Shown here: positions 26,421 through 41,558 of the stretch, one piece after another
Layout: each line of letters begins with the position of its first letter
Numbering within the stretch: position 1 is the stretch's first letter
DNA from: the human T2T-CHM13v2.0 reference genome, Homo sapiens
Length of the DNA stretch: 64,000 bases
Assembly: GCA_009914755.4 (NCBI GenBank)
Contig: CP068257.2
Coordinates: 36,544,001-36,608,000 of the forward strand
Direction of reading: 5' to 3'
Position numbers and translations under genes: made by a program
Notes under the pieces: model-generated
Databases searched by the model: none
Told to the model about the DNA's origin: nothing
What the model saw: the letters and a program-made list of their open reading frames with translations, nothing else

Positions 26421-28672
26421 GTATTGGAATGTGTTTATTCTCAGGAGACCCATGCAGAAATATTAGATAAAGTGCAACTCACTTTCAAATGGCTCAGCAA
26501 AATGTCAACAGTTGTTGAAACTAAGTAGTGAATATAAAAATGTTTATTATGTTATTCTTTTATTTTACCTTTTCTGTATTTTTGAAAATTTTTGTAATGC
26601 AAAATTGGGAGAAATAAATCAGGTATGAATGCATGTTAGTAGAGAGGCTTTCACTCCGGGTTAGTCATTTCAAGTAGGGCTGATTATGGAAAGGACAATG
26701 TCATGACCTTTTCACCCAAAAAGCAGTGTTGTAACCTTCCTTTTGTGTCTGGATGAAGCTTCTTGGTGACACTGGTAGGCTATGGAAACTCCCACAGAAC
26801 AAGCACAGAAAAACTCACACAGACATGAAACCTTGGCCTAAGGGGACACTTATTGGACACTAATTACCCTTAAGAGCTCTGTTAACCCAAACTTCCCATA
26901 AACCAAGCTTGGTATGAAATAAGAAAATGCATAAGGAAGCAAAATGCTGACATGACCAAATTTATCAGTCCTGAAAGTCCTTTCTTCAGAAGTGATGTTG
27001 CAATTGTACAATAATAAACAATAGAAGGTTGACAATCTCATGTTTGCAGGCAGAGAACAGCTTCCCTACATTTCTAAGAAGCTGTATATTTGGAAATGGA
27101 TTAAATTGAAGGTAGGGATAATTGGCATTCTAAAGCCAAGTAGGATGAAACAAGCAGAATTTTCCATATTTTAATATGTCTCTTTTTAATTAGAGTATCT
27201 ATAAAGGAAACAAATTATTGTATAGTTACCGATTCTTTTTAATGAACAAGGAAAAATGGTCTAATAATATGAGCTTCCTTTTGGACTTGGGTCCTGGCTG
27301 ATGTTGGGTATCCAAGGACCCTCGCTGTCTTTTTTTCCATGTTGGACGGGTAATGTGCCCACATTGTAACAAGGTTTGAGGAAGGCACATCTCACACATG
27401 CACATGTGAACACCCAAGCATCACGCTTATGAACTACAAAAGGATCTACCCTCTCCATCTTAAGTAGAGACTTGAGAGGGAGTGATAGGCAGGAAGAGCA
27501 TCAAAACTTCTTCACAGGACATAATTGAATGACTTGTTACTTATTTTCTTATGGTTCATTTATTCAACAAATGAAACATCTCAATTGTTCATTGCTATTA
27601 TAGATAGACACTAGGTATACTGGTAAAAAAAAAAGACTAAAAAATGTTGTTTTTATTTAACTTGCATGATGGCTGATATAGTAAAGTCAAAATTATTTAA
27701 ATAAAGAAAAGGGGTAATGAAGACTTTGGATGTAGAAATCTAGGTTCTCATCCAAGCTTTGCTGCTAGCTTGCTGAGGGAACCCTGAGTAATGAGTCCTT
27801 AAACTCCCTCTAGGCCTGGAGGTTCATCCATCAAGTGAGGGGCCTTAACCATGTTTCCAACAACAGCCTTTCCGGCCCCATCTTCCTATGAAGGAGAAAC
27901 CTCAGTATGGCCTCGTGGGGAACATCGTGGACTTTGGACTAAAGCACTTTTGGTTTGTTCAATTATTTCATCTCTGATCTTCATCATCTTATTTAACTAC
28001 TCTGAGCCTCAATTTCCTTGCTGCAAAATGAGGTGATGTTTGCTTAAATGAGCAAGCAAAGCAATCACCACAGCTCCTGGCATGCCATAGCACATGGCTT
28101 TTGCTCCCTTGGGGTGCTTACATATGAAGAAAGGTTTTGCAATCTAAAGACAGTAATCATTTTGGTAGTGAGCCAGCTAATTGAGGAGGCAATTTCTCCT
28201 CCATCAGACTATCAGCTGATGTGCAACCTAAAAAGCATTTGTTGAATAATGTAAAAGGAGTTTTTACCAGCTCCTTCAATTTTGACCATCTTTGGACTGG
28301 AAGATTTCATTCAATTCAAAAAATTCCCAATGACATATACATTGTGAACACTAAGATTATATTCTTTCTGGAAGCTGTGTCCATTCCAACAAGTCAGGAC
28401 CATTTTTACCCAACCTGTCCTAGGCAGCAAGACTCCTCAAGAGATACATGCAGAGGCAGAGTTTTCTAAGCTGGGCTGCCACATGGTCACCCTGGGGAGA
28501 AAATGGCAGAAGACAGCTTTCTTGGGCCCACCTATCAGAAGGAAGCTCCTGTGGCAACAGTGATCTCATCTCTTAGGGGCCCATGGTAGAAATATTGAAA
28601 GCAAAAGCTATAGGAATGGTCCAATATAACAATCACAGTTTCCTTCAATTTTCAGAAAATTATAAATGATTA

Positions 28673-29697
<1,025 letters not shown>

Positions 29698-30049
29698 AAG
29701 AATACAAAATGGATTCAAAACTTACAGATAACTTGTAAAAATCAATTTTAAAAGATAACCTAATTTTAAAATGTTCAGAAGTCTTGATCTTGATCAGGCA
29801 TATTACAATATAGCATGGGCCACTGATCAAGTCTCCAGCAGCCAAATCCACCCCCTGCCCCAGCCTGTTTCTTATAAATAAATTTCGGTGGAACACAGCC
29901 TAGCCTATTCATTCACACATTGTCCATGGCTGCTTTTGCTCAGCAACAGCAAAACTGAATAGTTAGGACAGAGGCCATATGGCCCGCAAAGCCAAAGATA
30001 TTTACTATCAGGCCCCTTAGAAAATGATTTGCTTGTCCCTGAAATAGAA

Positions 30050-30790
30050 GCTATCCAAGTGACTGATAGGCATATGAAAAAACACTCCAGCATTAATTGC
30101 CAACAGAAAAATGCAAATTAAACCCACAGTAAGATACCATTATCCACTCATTAGAATGGCAAAAATTAAAAACACTGACAACATCAAGTGTTGGCAATGG
30201 TGGAGAACAGTGGGAGCTCTCATACACTGATGGTTGAAGTGGAAATTGGTTCAATTTTGGAAAACAGTTTGGCAGTATCTACTACAGCTAAACATTTATG
30301 TCTCCATGGCTCAGCAATTCCTGGTCATATTCTCAAGAGATATGAGGACTGTGGCCACCAAGAGACATGTATGAGAAAGGTCCTAGCACCTTTATTTATA
30401 ATAGCCCTGAACATAAAACAATAAATGTCTGTCAACAGTATGATGAACTAAATAAATTGTGGTGTATGCGCACAATGGAATAGTATATGGCAATGAAAAA
30501 ATATAAGCTGTTGCCCCATGCAAGGATGTTTCACAGACATAATGTTAATCAGAAGAAAGCAGATCTCAAGGAGTCCATGTTGTATGATTCCATCTATTTG
30601 AAGCTCAGTAACACATGGTACTAGAAGTCAGAATAGCAATTACCTCTAGGACTGGGGATTCATATTGAAAGAGAATGAAGGTTGGGAAGCCTGTTGGGGC
30701 CTGGGAATGTCTTAGATGTTGTTCTGGCAGGTGGTTGCAAGCCTGTAGACATATGTAAGAGGTTATTGGATGGTACGCTGAAGATTGCAG
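30050..30790 (+). mobile_element. Old L1 (L1M-type) 3'-end fragment
   Basis: cactcattagaatggcaaaaattaaaaacactgacaacatcaagtgttggcaatggtggagaacagtgggagctctcatacactgatggttgaagtggaaattggttcaattttggaaaacagtttggcagtatctactacagctaaacat matches the L1M 3' consensus (cactcattagaatggctaaaattaaaaagactgacaataccaagtgttgg...). Confidence 0.8.
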
Positions 30791-32299
30791 CACCTAACCG
30801 TAGAAGGTACAGTGTTACATCTCAATATAGAAGAGAAAATATTAAAGAAAAAAAGACCGTGGGTCCTTTTGGACTTGAACCTTATGCCACAGTGGTACTA
30901 CAGAGTCATGTCTTAACTGGAACTCAAATTGTAATACCTTTAAAGCTTTGTGTTGAAAAGAATGAACATTTCAGAATGTAATTCTGCATTTGTGATGAAG
31001 TCCTCCTCAATAACTGATTCAAAGCTGAGGAGACTGCAGTTTCCCCTAATGCCCTGGCCCTGTCTCTGATGGGTACATGTTTGTTGAGACATCTACCAAG
31101 GGGATCAATGCCCCAGGCTGATGTCACTCCCTGTGCTTGACTCCTGTGTCTGGGTGGCAATCGAGAGCCTTCCTGCTCCCCCAGCGAGGGACGGACAGGA
31201 GGAAGCACCCTCCAAAGGCTGGCCTGTGTCACAGATTGTCCAGGAGGTGGGCAACATAAGGGATGAGGTCATCTCTTGGTGAGCCCATGCCTGGCCTTAC
31301 AGAGCAGTGACAGATCACCTGTCACCCCCGCAACAGGCAAGTGGCCCCATGTCCATGAGCCACAGGGTGCCAGGGATGTGGGATTGCAGCTCCCCTGTGG
31401 GTCCCCTCAATGAAGGGAATTATTCCTCCAAGGAGATTTGGGTCCTCTGCTGCTCTCAGACAGTCAGTTGCTTTCTGACTCGTCCACACAATGGATACTG
31501 CGTCCAATTGTATCACACCATCGTGGACGGCTGGAGTCACATCTAAAATGTCCTTGTACCTCCAGCCTCCATCACTGCACACCTGTAACTCTGCTCACCC
31601 TAAGTGCTTAATGAACATGGTGGATGGGCTGGTATACAAATGCCTTTTTGGGGTGGTTTGACTTACAGCCATCTCTGCTCTCACTACAGAAAGAGGAGAG
31701 GAGCCTCACAGAGGTAATGTCAGTGGAAGAACCTCCAACCCTCCTTTGAACACATTCCTAACAAAGAAACCTGCATGCTTTCCCCACCTTTTCTCCTACC
31801 TGTCTTGTGTCAGAGCAGTGCCTCCCTGCTGCTGATTTAGAACCAACCAACAGCTGGACCTGTTTATATCTAGCACCTTGCAGTGTTCTACCTAGATTCC
31901 AAAAATGAACTCAACAATGATTCAGTGTCATTGATCAGGTTCATAATGCTTGGATTTGTTCATACAAGGGCTTTCCCTAGAAGGTTACTTATAAAATGAA
32001 TATCTAATAGGAGGGGTTTAATTATTTTGTGTTGTTTTTCTTACTAGCCATATCTCCTTAAAAGTATAGAGAGTTGAAATTAGACATCATTTTTCTTTTT
32101 ATCAGGCTAACTGAAGTCCAACTTTGAAGTTTTGCAATGCTTGTATTTTAAAGTGTATTGGCATGGCCCTGTTAGTTTCCTGTGGCTAGTTTACTAAGGA
32201 GCTAATAAAGAAACATAGAGATTATGCTTCCATAATTATAACTTAATATGGATTTTAATAAAAATGGATTCCTTTATCATTCTCTGAATTTTATTTTGT

Positions 32300-32660
32300 G
32301 CATTTAAAATATTATACTGAGGAGTCGTATCAGTTTGCTTGGGCTGCTGTAACAAATACCACAGATGGGGTGGCATAACCAACAGAAATTTATTTTCTCA
32401 CAGTGGAGACTAGAAGTCTGAGATAAAGGTATTGGCAGGGTTGGTTTCTCCTGAGGCCTCTCTCCTTGGCTTGTGAGTGACTGTCTTTTTGATATGTTCT
32501 CACATGGTCATCCCTCTGTGTGTGTCTGTGTCCTAATCTACTCTTCCTATAAGGACAGCGGTCATATTGGATTAGGGCCTATCCATATGAACTCAATTTA
32601 CCTTAATTTCTTCTTTCAAGGCTTTGTCTGCAAACATAGTCACATTCTAAGGTACTGGGG
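32300..32660 (+). mobile_element. Ancient interspersed repeat (same family as 50400-50830 and 55880-56260; name not assigned)
   Basis: Shared landmarks across the three copies: cacagt(g/t)g(a/g)ga(c/g)t(a/g)gaagtc(t/c)(g/a)aga(t/a)aa(a/g)g(t/g) ... ctgtgt(c/g)c(t/a)aat... ...ataaggacagcggtcatattggattagggcc ... ggtactgggg(c/a)ttagg. Confidence 0.5.
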
Positions 32661-32689
32661 CTTAGGACGTAACCCCTTTTCTTTCTTTT

Positions 32690-33046
32690 TTAAAATTATT
32701 TTTATTTTTATTTATTTATTTATTTATTTAGAGATGGAGTCCCACTATGTCACCTAGGCTGGAGGGCAGTGGTGCAGTCTCTGCTCACTGCAACCTCCGC
32801 CTCCAAGGTTCAAGTGATTCTCCAGCCTCAGCCTCCTGAGTAGATGGGACTACAGGTATGCACCACTGCATCCGGCTAATTTTTTTATTTTGAGGAGGGG
32901 GTATTTTTAGTAGAGACAGGGTTTCACCATGTTGGCCAGGCTGGTCTCAAACTCCTGACCTCAGGAGATCCGTCCGCCTCAGCCTCCCAAAGTGCTAGGA
33001 TTACAGGCGTGAGCCACCACGCGCAGCCTTTTTTTTTTTTTTTTTA
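32690..33046 (-). mobile_element. Alu (AluS-like), antisense, with (TTTA)n-type tail and an internal small insertion
   Basis: (tattt)n / tttatttatttatttattta then gagatggagtcccactatgtcacctaggctggagggcagtggtgcagtctctgctcactgcaacctccgcctcc ... cctcagcctcccaaagtgctaggattacaggcgtgagccaccacgcgcagcc. Confidence 0.9.
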
Positions 33047-35200
33047 ACTTTCATTTTAGGTTCAGGGGTACATGTGCAGATATGTTATATAGGTAAACTG
33101 TGTGTCACAGGGGTTTGGTGTACACATAATGTTGTCACCTGGGTAATAAGCATAGTACCCAATAGGTTATCTTTCCTGATCCTCTTCCTCCTCCCACCCT
33201 CCACCCACAAGTCAGCCCCAGTGTGTGTTGCTCCTCTCCTAGTATCCATGTGTTCTCCTTGTTTAGTTCCCCCTTATAAGTAAGACTAGGCAGCATTTGG
33301 TTTTCTATTTCTGCATTAGTTCACTTAGAATTATGGCCTCTAGCTCCATCCATGTTGCTGCAAAGGACATGATCTCCTTCTTAGTTATGGCTGTGTAGTA
33401 TTCCATGGTGTATATGTACCACATTTTCTGTATCCAGTCTATCACTGATGTGCATTTAAGTTGATTCCATGTCTCTGCTCTTGTGAATAGTGCTGCAATG
33501 AACATACACATGCATGTGTCTTTATGGTAGAGTAATTTACATTCCTTTGGGCATATACCCAGCAATGAGATTGCTGGGTCGAATGGTAATTCTGTTTTAA
33601 GTTCTTTCAGGAATCGCTACACTGCTTTCCACAGTGGCTGAACTAATTTACACTCCCACCAGCAGTGTATAAGTGGTTCCTTTTTTTTTTTTTTTTTTGC
33701 AACCTCGCCAGAATCTGTTATTTTTTGACATTTTAATAATAGCCATTCTGACTGGTGTGAGATGGCATCTAATTTTGATTTGCATTCTCTAATGATTAGT
33801 GATATTGAACTTTTTGTCATATGCTTGTTGGCCACATATGTGTCTTCTTTTGAAAAATATCTGTTCATGTCCTTTGCCCACTTTTTAATGTGGTTTTTTT
33901 TTTCTTGTAAATTTGTTTAAGTTTCTTATAGCTTCTGGATGTTAGACTTTTGTTGGATGTGTGTCCCTGCCCAAATTTCATATTGAAATCTAATCCCCAG
34001 TGTTGGAGGTGGGACCTGGTGGGAGGTAATCAGATCATCAGAATGAATTTCTCATGAATGGTTTAGTATCATCTTGTTGGTACTGTTCTCACAATAGTGA
34101 GTGAGTTCTCATGAGATCTGGTCATTTAAAAGTGTATGGCACCTCCCACTCATGCTCCTGCTTTTGCCATATGATATGCCTACTCACCCTTCAGCTTCCA
34201 CCATAATTGTAAGTTTCCTGAGGACTATCCAAAAGCCAAGCAGATGTCAGCTTCATGCTTCCTGGACAGCCTGCATAAACATGAGCTAATTAAACCTCTT
34301 TTCTCTGTAAATTATCAAGTCTCAGGTATTTCTTTATAGCAATGTGAGAACAGACTAATACAGATGCATAGTTTGCAAATATTTTCTCCCATTCTATGGG
34401 TCATCTTTTTTACTCTGTTGATAGTTTATTTTGCTAAGAAGCTCTAGTTTAATTAGAATCCATTTATCAATTTTTGTTTTTGATGTTACCGCTTTTGGGT
34501 TTTTTTGTTGAAATATTTGCCTGGTCCTATGTCTAGAATGGTATTTCTTAGGTTATGTTCCAGAGTTTTTAATAGTTCTAGGTTTTACATTTAAGTATTT
34601 AATCTATCTTGAGTTAATTTTTGTATATGGTATAAAGAAGGGGTCCAGGTTCAATCTTCTGCATATGGCTAGCCAGTTATTCCAGCACCATTTATTCATG
34701 GGGAATTTTTTCCCCATTGTTTGTTCTTGGCAAATTTGTCAAAGATCAGATGGTATGTGGCTTTATTTCTGGGCTCTCTTTTGTGTTCCATTGGTCGATG
34801 TGTCTGTTTTTGTACCACTACCATGCTGTTTTGGTTACTATAGCCCAGTAGTATAGTTTGAAGTTGGGTAATGAGATATCTCCAGCTTTATTCTTTTTGC
34901 TCAGTGTTGCCTTGGCTATTTGGGCTCTTTTTTTGGTTTTGTATGAATTTTAAAACAGTTTTTTTCTAATTCTGTGAAGAATGTCATTTGTAGTTTGATA
35001 GGAATAGCCTTGAATCTGTAAATTGCTTTGGGCAGTATGGCCATTTTAATGATATTGAGTCTTCCTATCCATGAGCATGGAATGTTTTTCCATTTGTTTG
35101 TGTTATCTTTGATTTTTTGAGCAGTGTTTTGTAATTCTCATAGAGATCCTTCACCTCCCTAGTTAGCTGTATTCCTAGATATTTTATTCTTTTTGTGGCA
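33046..35200 (-). mobile_element. L1 (L1PB/L1MA-like) ORF2/3' region, antisense, interrupted by a MaLR LTR
   Basis: ccatccatgttgctgcaaaggacatgatctccttcttagttatggctgtgtagtattccatggtgtatatgtaccacattttctgtatccagtctatcactgatgtgcatttaagttgattccatgtctctgctcttgtgaatagtgctgcaatgaacatacacatgcatgtgtctttatggtagagtaatttacattcctttgggcatatacccagcaatgagattgctgggtcgaatggtaattctgttttaagttctttcaggaatcgctacactgctttccacagtggctgaactaatttacactcccaccagcagtgtataag is the antisense L1 ORF2 C-terminus. The same antisense L1 resumes at 34370-35200. Confidence 0.85.
33940..34370 (+). mobile_element. MaLR solo LTR (THE1/MST-like) nested inside the antisense L1
   Basis: tgtgtccctgcccaaatttcatattgaaatctaatccccagtgttggaggtgggacctggtgggaggtaatcagatcatcagaatgaatttctcatgaatggtttagtatcatcttgttggtactgttctcacaatagtgagtgagttctcatgagatctggtcatttaaaagtgtatggcacctcccactc ... 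aattaaacctcttttctctgtaaattatcaagtctcaggtatttctttatagcaatgtgagaacagactaatacag parallels the THE1B/MST consensus. L1 sequence is continuous across the insertion point. Confidence 0.8.
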
Positions 35201-36574
35201 ATTATGAAAGGGATTGCATTCCTGGTTTGGCTTTCAGCTTGGATTCAGCCCCTTTTCTACATGAATATTGGAGGGGACACAATTAAGCTCCTCATAGTCT
35301 TTCGCTTTGTCCCTTCTTTGCTGTGTTGGGATGTAACCCAGCAAAGAGTCAACAGGGGAAGGCCACCTTCCATCTGTGTCCTGTCTTTCATGCGTAGGCT
35401 CCTCTCTGTGCTCTCCCCTCCCTCCCAGGTCACATGTACCCTGACAAAAGCCTTCCCATAGCCTTAGTCATCCTATGTTTGATGGGTACCCATAGGAGAA
35501 TGGTAGGCGGCAAGACCCTGAAGCCCTGATTTGGGAAATGACCTGCAGTCTTCAGTGCAGCACAGTTTTAGGAGTGGGCACCAGCTGTCAGTGCACATTC
35601 CTTCTGTTCCCTGAGCAGTTCCTTACCTCTGTCTTTGGTGTGAGGCTTCAGACTCTGTTGGATAAGCAGATGCCCATTAGGGGCAGTGCTTTGAATAGTT
35701 CATTTCAGGATGTTCAAATTGTCAGGGACATTTTATTACACACACACACAAACAACTGTAAGAGGTGGTATTTTTAAGCACTTCTTAAATGCCAGACACC
35801 ATTCTCTAATTTTACATGTTTTACTCAGTTAATCTTCACAACACTATGAGGTACACAAATGAATGTGAATGAATGCAATGAAACACGCACTTTCAGTCAA
35901 ATAAACCCGAGTGCTGGCCATTCTCCAGATTCATTCTTTGCCTGCTCTATGCCCAGGAGACTGACTCTGGCCTGCACTGCCCAGGCCCCCTTGCAGGAGA
36001 CTGCCCATACAACAGCAGCCAATGGGAGGACGAGAGCAGAAAGTAGAGGCAGTTTCCCCTTTTCCCGTGACAGAGCCTCACTGGGCCCAGACAATAGCAC
36101 TTCCTCTCTCCTTCCTTGAAACCTGGGGGTGGGAACAACTTCCCCCTATTGCTGTCATCTGGGAGCCTCCCCTTCCCTTGTCTGGGCCCTTATCCCTGCC
36201 CACAGCTCAGGAAACTTCTGTCATCAAAGGCTCTTCCTCTGCACAATTTGGGATGAACTGTTTCTTAGTGTATTCTTATCCCATACATTGAGCAACTCTC
36301 CTTTTATGTGTATATAATTTAGGAAACTTTTGTGTAAGTACAAAATGTGTGTGTACATATTTTTCTTTTCTCCCTTTTATTTATTTAAACAATGTTAAAA
36401 CAATCTGTCCCTCTTAATTTTACATTTTCCTCAGGTGCTGAAATAACAACTAAAAGTTGCTTGTATCTGCATTGTGGTTTCTGTGTGTTTGCCATCAGGG
36501 GAAAACTTCTTTGAATAAAATTTACATAAATTTAAACAACAAACACTATCTTAAACATCATAACAAAGGTTTTA

Positions 36575-39500
36575 TTTTTTTTAATTTTTAATTTAAATTG
36601 AATTTAATTATTTATATAATTTATAAATTTTATATATATTTATTAATATATTTATATATTTTTATTTCCATAGGTTATTTCCATAGGTTTTTTTTTATTT
36701 CCATAGATTATTGGGCAACAGATGGTATTTGGTTACATGAGTAAGTTCTTTAGTGGTAATTTGTGAGATTTTGGTGCGCCCATTGCCCGAGCACCCAATT
36801 TGTGGTCTTTTATCCCTCACCCCTTCCCACCCTTTCCCCCCAATTCCCCAAAGTCCATTGTGTCATTCTTACGCCTTCACATCCTCACAACTTAGCTCCC
36901 ACTTATGAGTGAAACATACGATGTTTGGTTTTCCATTCCTGAGCTCCTTCACTTAGAATAATAGTCTCCAATCTCATCCAGGTCATTGTGAATACCATTA
37001 ATTATTATACACAAACACACACACACATATACATATATCACAGTTTCTTTATTCACCCATTGATTTATGAGCATTTGGGTTGGGGTTCCACATTTTTGCA
37101 ATTGCGAATTGTGCTGCTATACACATGCATGTGCAAGTATCTTTTTCATATAATAACTTATTTTCCTGCGGGTAGATACCCAGTGTGGGATTGCTGGATC
37201 GAATGATAGTTCTACTCTTAGTTCTTTAAGAAATCTCCACACTGTTTTCTATAGTAGTTGTACTAGTTTACATTCCCACCAGCAATGTAGAAGTGTTCCC
37301 TGTTCACCACATCCATGCCAACATCTATTATTTTTTGATATTTTGATTATGGTCATTCTTGCAGGAGTAAGGTGGTATAACATTGTGGTTTTGATTTGCA
37401 TTGCCCTGACCATTAGTAATGTTGAGAATTTTTCCATATGTTTGTTGGCCATTTGTACATCTTCTTTTGAGAATTGTCTATTCATGTCCTTAGCCCACTT
37501 TTTGATGAGATTGTGTTTTTTTCTTGATAATTTGTTTGAGTTCATGGTACATTTTAGATATTAGTCCTTTGTCATATGTATAGATTATGAAGATTTTTCT
37601 CCCACTCTGTGGGTTGTCTGTTTACTCTACTGTCTGTTCCTTTTGTGTACAAAAGCTCTTTAGTTTAATTAAGTCCCAGCTGTTTATCTTTGTTTTTATT
37701 GCATTTGCTTTTGGGTTCTCGATCATGAAATCCTTGCCTAAGCCAATGTCTAGATGGGGTTTTCCAATACCATCTTCCAGAATTTTTATAGTTTCAGGTC
37801 TTAGATTTAAGTCCTTGATCCATCTTGAGCTGATTTTTGTATAAGATGAGAGATGAGGATCCAGTTTGATCCAGTTTCATTATCCTACATGCAGCTAGCC
37901 AGTTATCCCAGCACCATTTGTTAAATAAAGTGTCTTTTCCCCGCTTTATGTTTTTGTTTCCTTTGTTGAAGATTAGTTGGCTGTAAGTATTTGGGTTTAT
38001 TTCTGGTTTCTCTATTCTGTTCCATTGCTCTATGTGCCTATTTTTATACCAGTATCATGCTGTTTTGGTGACTATGACCTTACACTATGTTTTGAAATCA
38101 GGTAATGTGATGCCTCCAGATTTATTCTTTTTGCTTAGTCTTGCTTTGGCTATGTGGGCTCTTTTTTGGTTCCATATTAATTTTAGGGTTTTTTTTTGTA
38201 ATTCTTTGAAGAATGATGGTGGTATTTTGATGGGAATTGTGTTAAATTTGTAGATTGCTTTTGGCAGTATGGTCATTTTTCCAATATTGATTCTACTCAT
38301 CCATGAGCATTAGATGTGTTTCCATTTGTTTATGTCATCTATGATTTTTTTCAGCAGTATTTTGTAGTTTCCCTTGTAGAAGTCTTTTACCTCCTTGGGT
38401 AGGTATATTCCTAAGTATTTTACTTTTTTGCAGCTATTGTAAAAGGGGTTGAGTTCTTGATTTTATTCTCATCTTGGTTACTGTTGGTGTATAGAAGACC
38501 TACTGATTTCTGTACATTAATTTTGTATCTGGAAACTTTGCTGAATGCTTTTGTCAGTTCTAGGAGCATTCTGGAGGAGTCTTTAGAGTTTTCTAGGTAA
38601 ACAATCATATCATAAGCAAACAGCAACAGTTTGACTTCCTCCTTCCTCTTTACCCATTTGGATGCCCTTTATTTCTTTCTCTTGTCTAATTGCTCTGTCT
38701 AGAACTTCCAGTACTATGTTGAAGAGGAGTGAGAGTGAGCATCCTTGTCTTGTTCCAGTTCTCAGAGGGAATGCTTTCAACTTTTTCCCTTTCAGTATTA
38801 TGTTAATTGTGGGTTTGTCAGAGATGGCTTTTATTACATTGAGGTATGTCCCTTGTATGCCAATTTTTCTGAGAGTTTTAATCATAAAAAGATGTTGGAT
38901 TTTGTCTAATGCTTTTTCTGCATGTATTAAGATAATCATGTGATTTTTGTTTTTGATTCTGTTTATGTGATGTTCACATTTATTGACTTGCATATGTTAA
39001 ACCATCCCTACATGCCTGGTATACAACCCACTTGATCATGGTGGATTTTTTTTTTTTTTTTGATATGTTGTTGGATTCGGTTCACTAGTATTTTGCTAAG
39101 GATTTTAGCATCTATGTTCATCAGGAATATTGGTCTGTAGTTTTCTTTTTTGGTTATGTCCTTTCCTGGTTTTGGTAATAGGGTGATATCAGCTTCATAG
39201 AATAATTTAGGGAGGGTTTCCTCTTTCTCTATATTGTGGAATAGTGTCAATAAGATTGGTACCAATTCTTTGAATGTCTGGTAGAATTCTGCTATGAATC
39301 CATCAGTCCTGGACTTTTTGTTTTTGGTAATTTTTAAATTACCATTTCAATTTCACTGCTTGTTATTGGTCTCTTCAAGGTATCTAATTATTCCTGATTT
39401 AAGCTAGGAAGGTTGTATCTTTCCAGGAATTTATCCATCTCCTCTAAGTTTTCTAGTTTATGTGTATAAAGGTGTTCATAGTAGCCTTGAATGATCTTTT

Positions 39501-41513
39501 GTATTTCTGTGGTGTCAGCTGTAATATCTCCCATTTCATTTCTAATTGGGTTTATTTGGATTTTCTCTCTTCTTTTCTTGGTTGATCTTGCTAATGGTCT
39601 ATCAATTTTATTTTATCTTTTCAAAAAACCAGCTTTTTGTTTCATTTATCTTTTCTATTTTGTGTTTGTTTGTTTGTTTCAATTCTATTTAGTTCTGCTC
39701 TGGTCTTGGTTATTTCCTTTCCTCTGCTGGGTTTGGGTTTGATTTGTTCTTATTTCCCTAGTTCCTTGAGATGTGACCAGATTGTTTGTTTGTGCTCTTT
39801 CAGACTTTTTGATGCAGGCATTTGGGGCTATGAACTTTCCTCTTAGCACTGCCTTTGCTGTATCCCAGAGGCTTTAGTAGGTTGTGTCACTATTGTCATT
39901 CAGTTAGAAGACTTTTTAAATTTCCACCTTGATTTCATTTTTGACCCAATGGTCACTCAGGAGCAGATTATTTAATTTCCATGTATTTGCATGGTTTTGA
40001 AGGTTCCTTTTGGAGTTGATTTCCAGTTTTATTCCACTGTGGTCTGAGAGAGTGATTGATATAATTTCAATTATCTTATATTTATTAAGGCCCATTTTGT
40101 GGCCTATCATATGGTCCATCTTGGAGAAGATTCCATGCGCTGTTAAATATAATATATATCCTGCAGTTGTTGGGTAGAATATTCTGTAAATAATCATTGT
40201 TTATTTGCTGACCTTCTGTCTTGGTGACCTGTCTAGTGCTGTCAGTGGAATATTGAAGTCCCCTACTATTATTGTGTTGCTGTCTATATCATTTCTTAGG
40301 TCTATTAGTAATTGTTTTATAAATTTGGGAGCTCCAGTGTTAGGTGCATATATATTTAGAACTGTGATATTTTTCTGTTGGACAAGGTCTTTTACCATTA
40401 TATAATATCCCTCTTTGTCTTTTTTAACTGCTGTTGCTTTAAAGTTTGTTTTGTCTGACATAAGAATAGCTACTCCTGCTTGCCTTTGGTGCCCATTTGC
40501 ATGGAATGTCTTTTTCCACCCCTTTAACTTAAGTTTATGTGAGTCCTATGTGTTAGGTGTATCTCTTGAAGGCAGCAGATGGTTGGTGAATTCTTATCCA
40601 TTCTGCAATTCTGTATCTTATAAGTGGAGCATTTAGGCCATTTACATTTAACGTTAGTATTGAGATGTGTGGTACCATTCCATTCATCAGGTTGTTTGTT
40701 GCATGCATAACTTGGTTTTCTGTGTATGTGTTTTTTTTAATTGTATTTTTGTTTCATAGGTCCTTTGAGATTTACGCTTTAAGAAAGTTCTGTTTTGATG
40801 TGTTTCCAAGATTTGTTTCAAGATTTAGAGCTCCTTTGAACAGTTCTTGTAGTGCTAGCTTGATAGTGGCAAATTCTCTCAGCATTTGTTTGTCTGAAAA
40901 AGACTGTATCTTTCCTTCATTTATGAAGCTTAGTTTCACTAGATACAAAATTCCTGGCTGATAATTGTTTTGTTTGAGGAGGCTGAAGATAGGGCCCCAA
41001 TCCCTTCTAGCTTGTAGGGTTTCTGCTGAGAAATCTGCTGTTAATGTGATCGTTAATACAGAGTGACAACTTGATTGGGTTGAAGGATGCAAAGTTTTGA
41101 TCCTGGGTGTGTCTGTGAGGGTGTTGCCAAAGGAGATTAACATTTGAGTTAGTGGGCTGGGAAAGGTAGACCCACCCTTAATCTGGATGAGTACCATCTA
41201 ATCAGCTGCCAGTGCAGCTAGAATATAAAGCAGACAGAAAAACATAAAAAGCCTCCACTGGCTTAGCCTCCCAGCCTCCATCTTTCTCCTGTGCTGGATG
41301 CTTCCTGCCCTGGAACATCAGACTCCAAGTTCTTCAGCTTTGGGACTAGGACTGGCTTCCTTGCTCCTCAGCTTATAGATGGCTATTGTGGAACCTTGTG
41401 ATTGTGTGAGTTAATGTTACTGAATAAATTCCCATACTCATATATATCTATATATCTATATCTATATCTATCTGTCTATCATCTATCTATCTAGCTAGCT
41501 AGCTAGCTATCTG

Positions 41514-41558
<45 letters not shown>

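Noticed and set aside
36000-36320. Plus-strand ORFs (86-89 aa) just upstream of the L1
   Set aside because: No similarity and not conserved with the corresponding region of duplicate unit 2. Likely chance ORFs in the flank of the duplicated unit.
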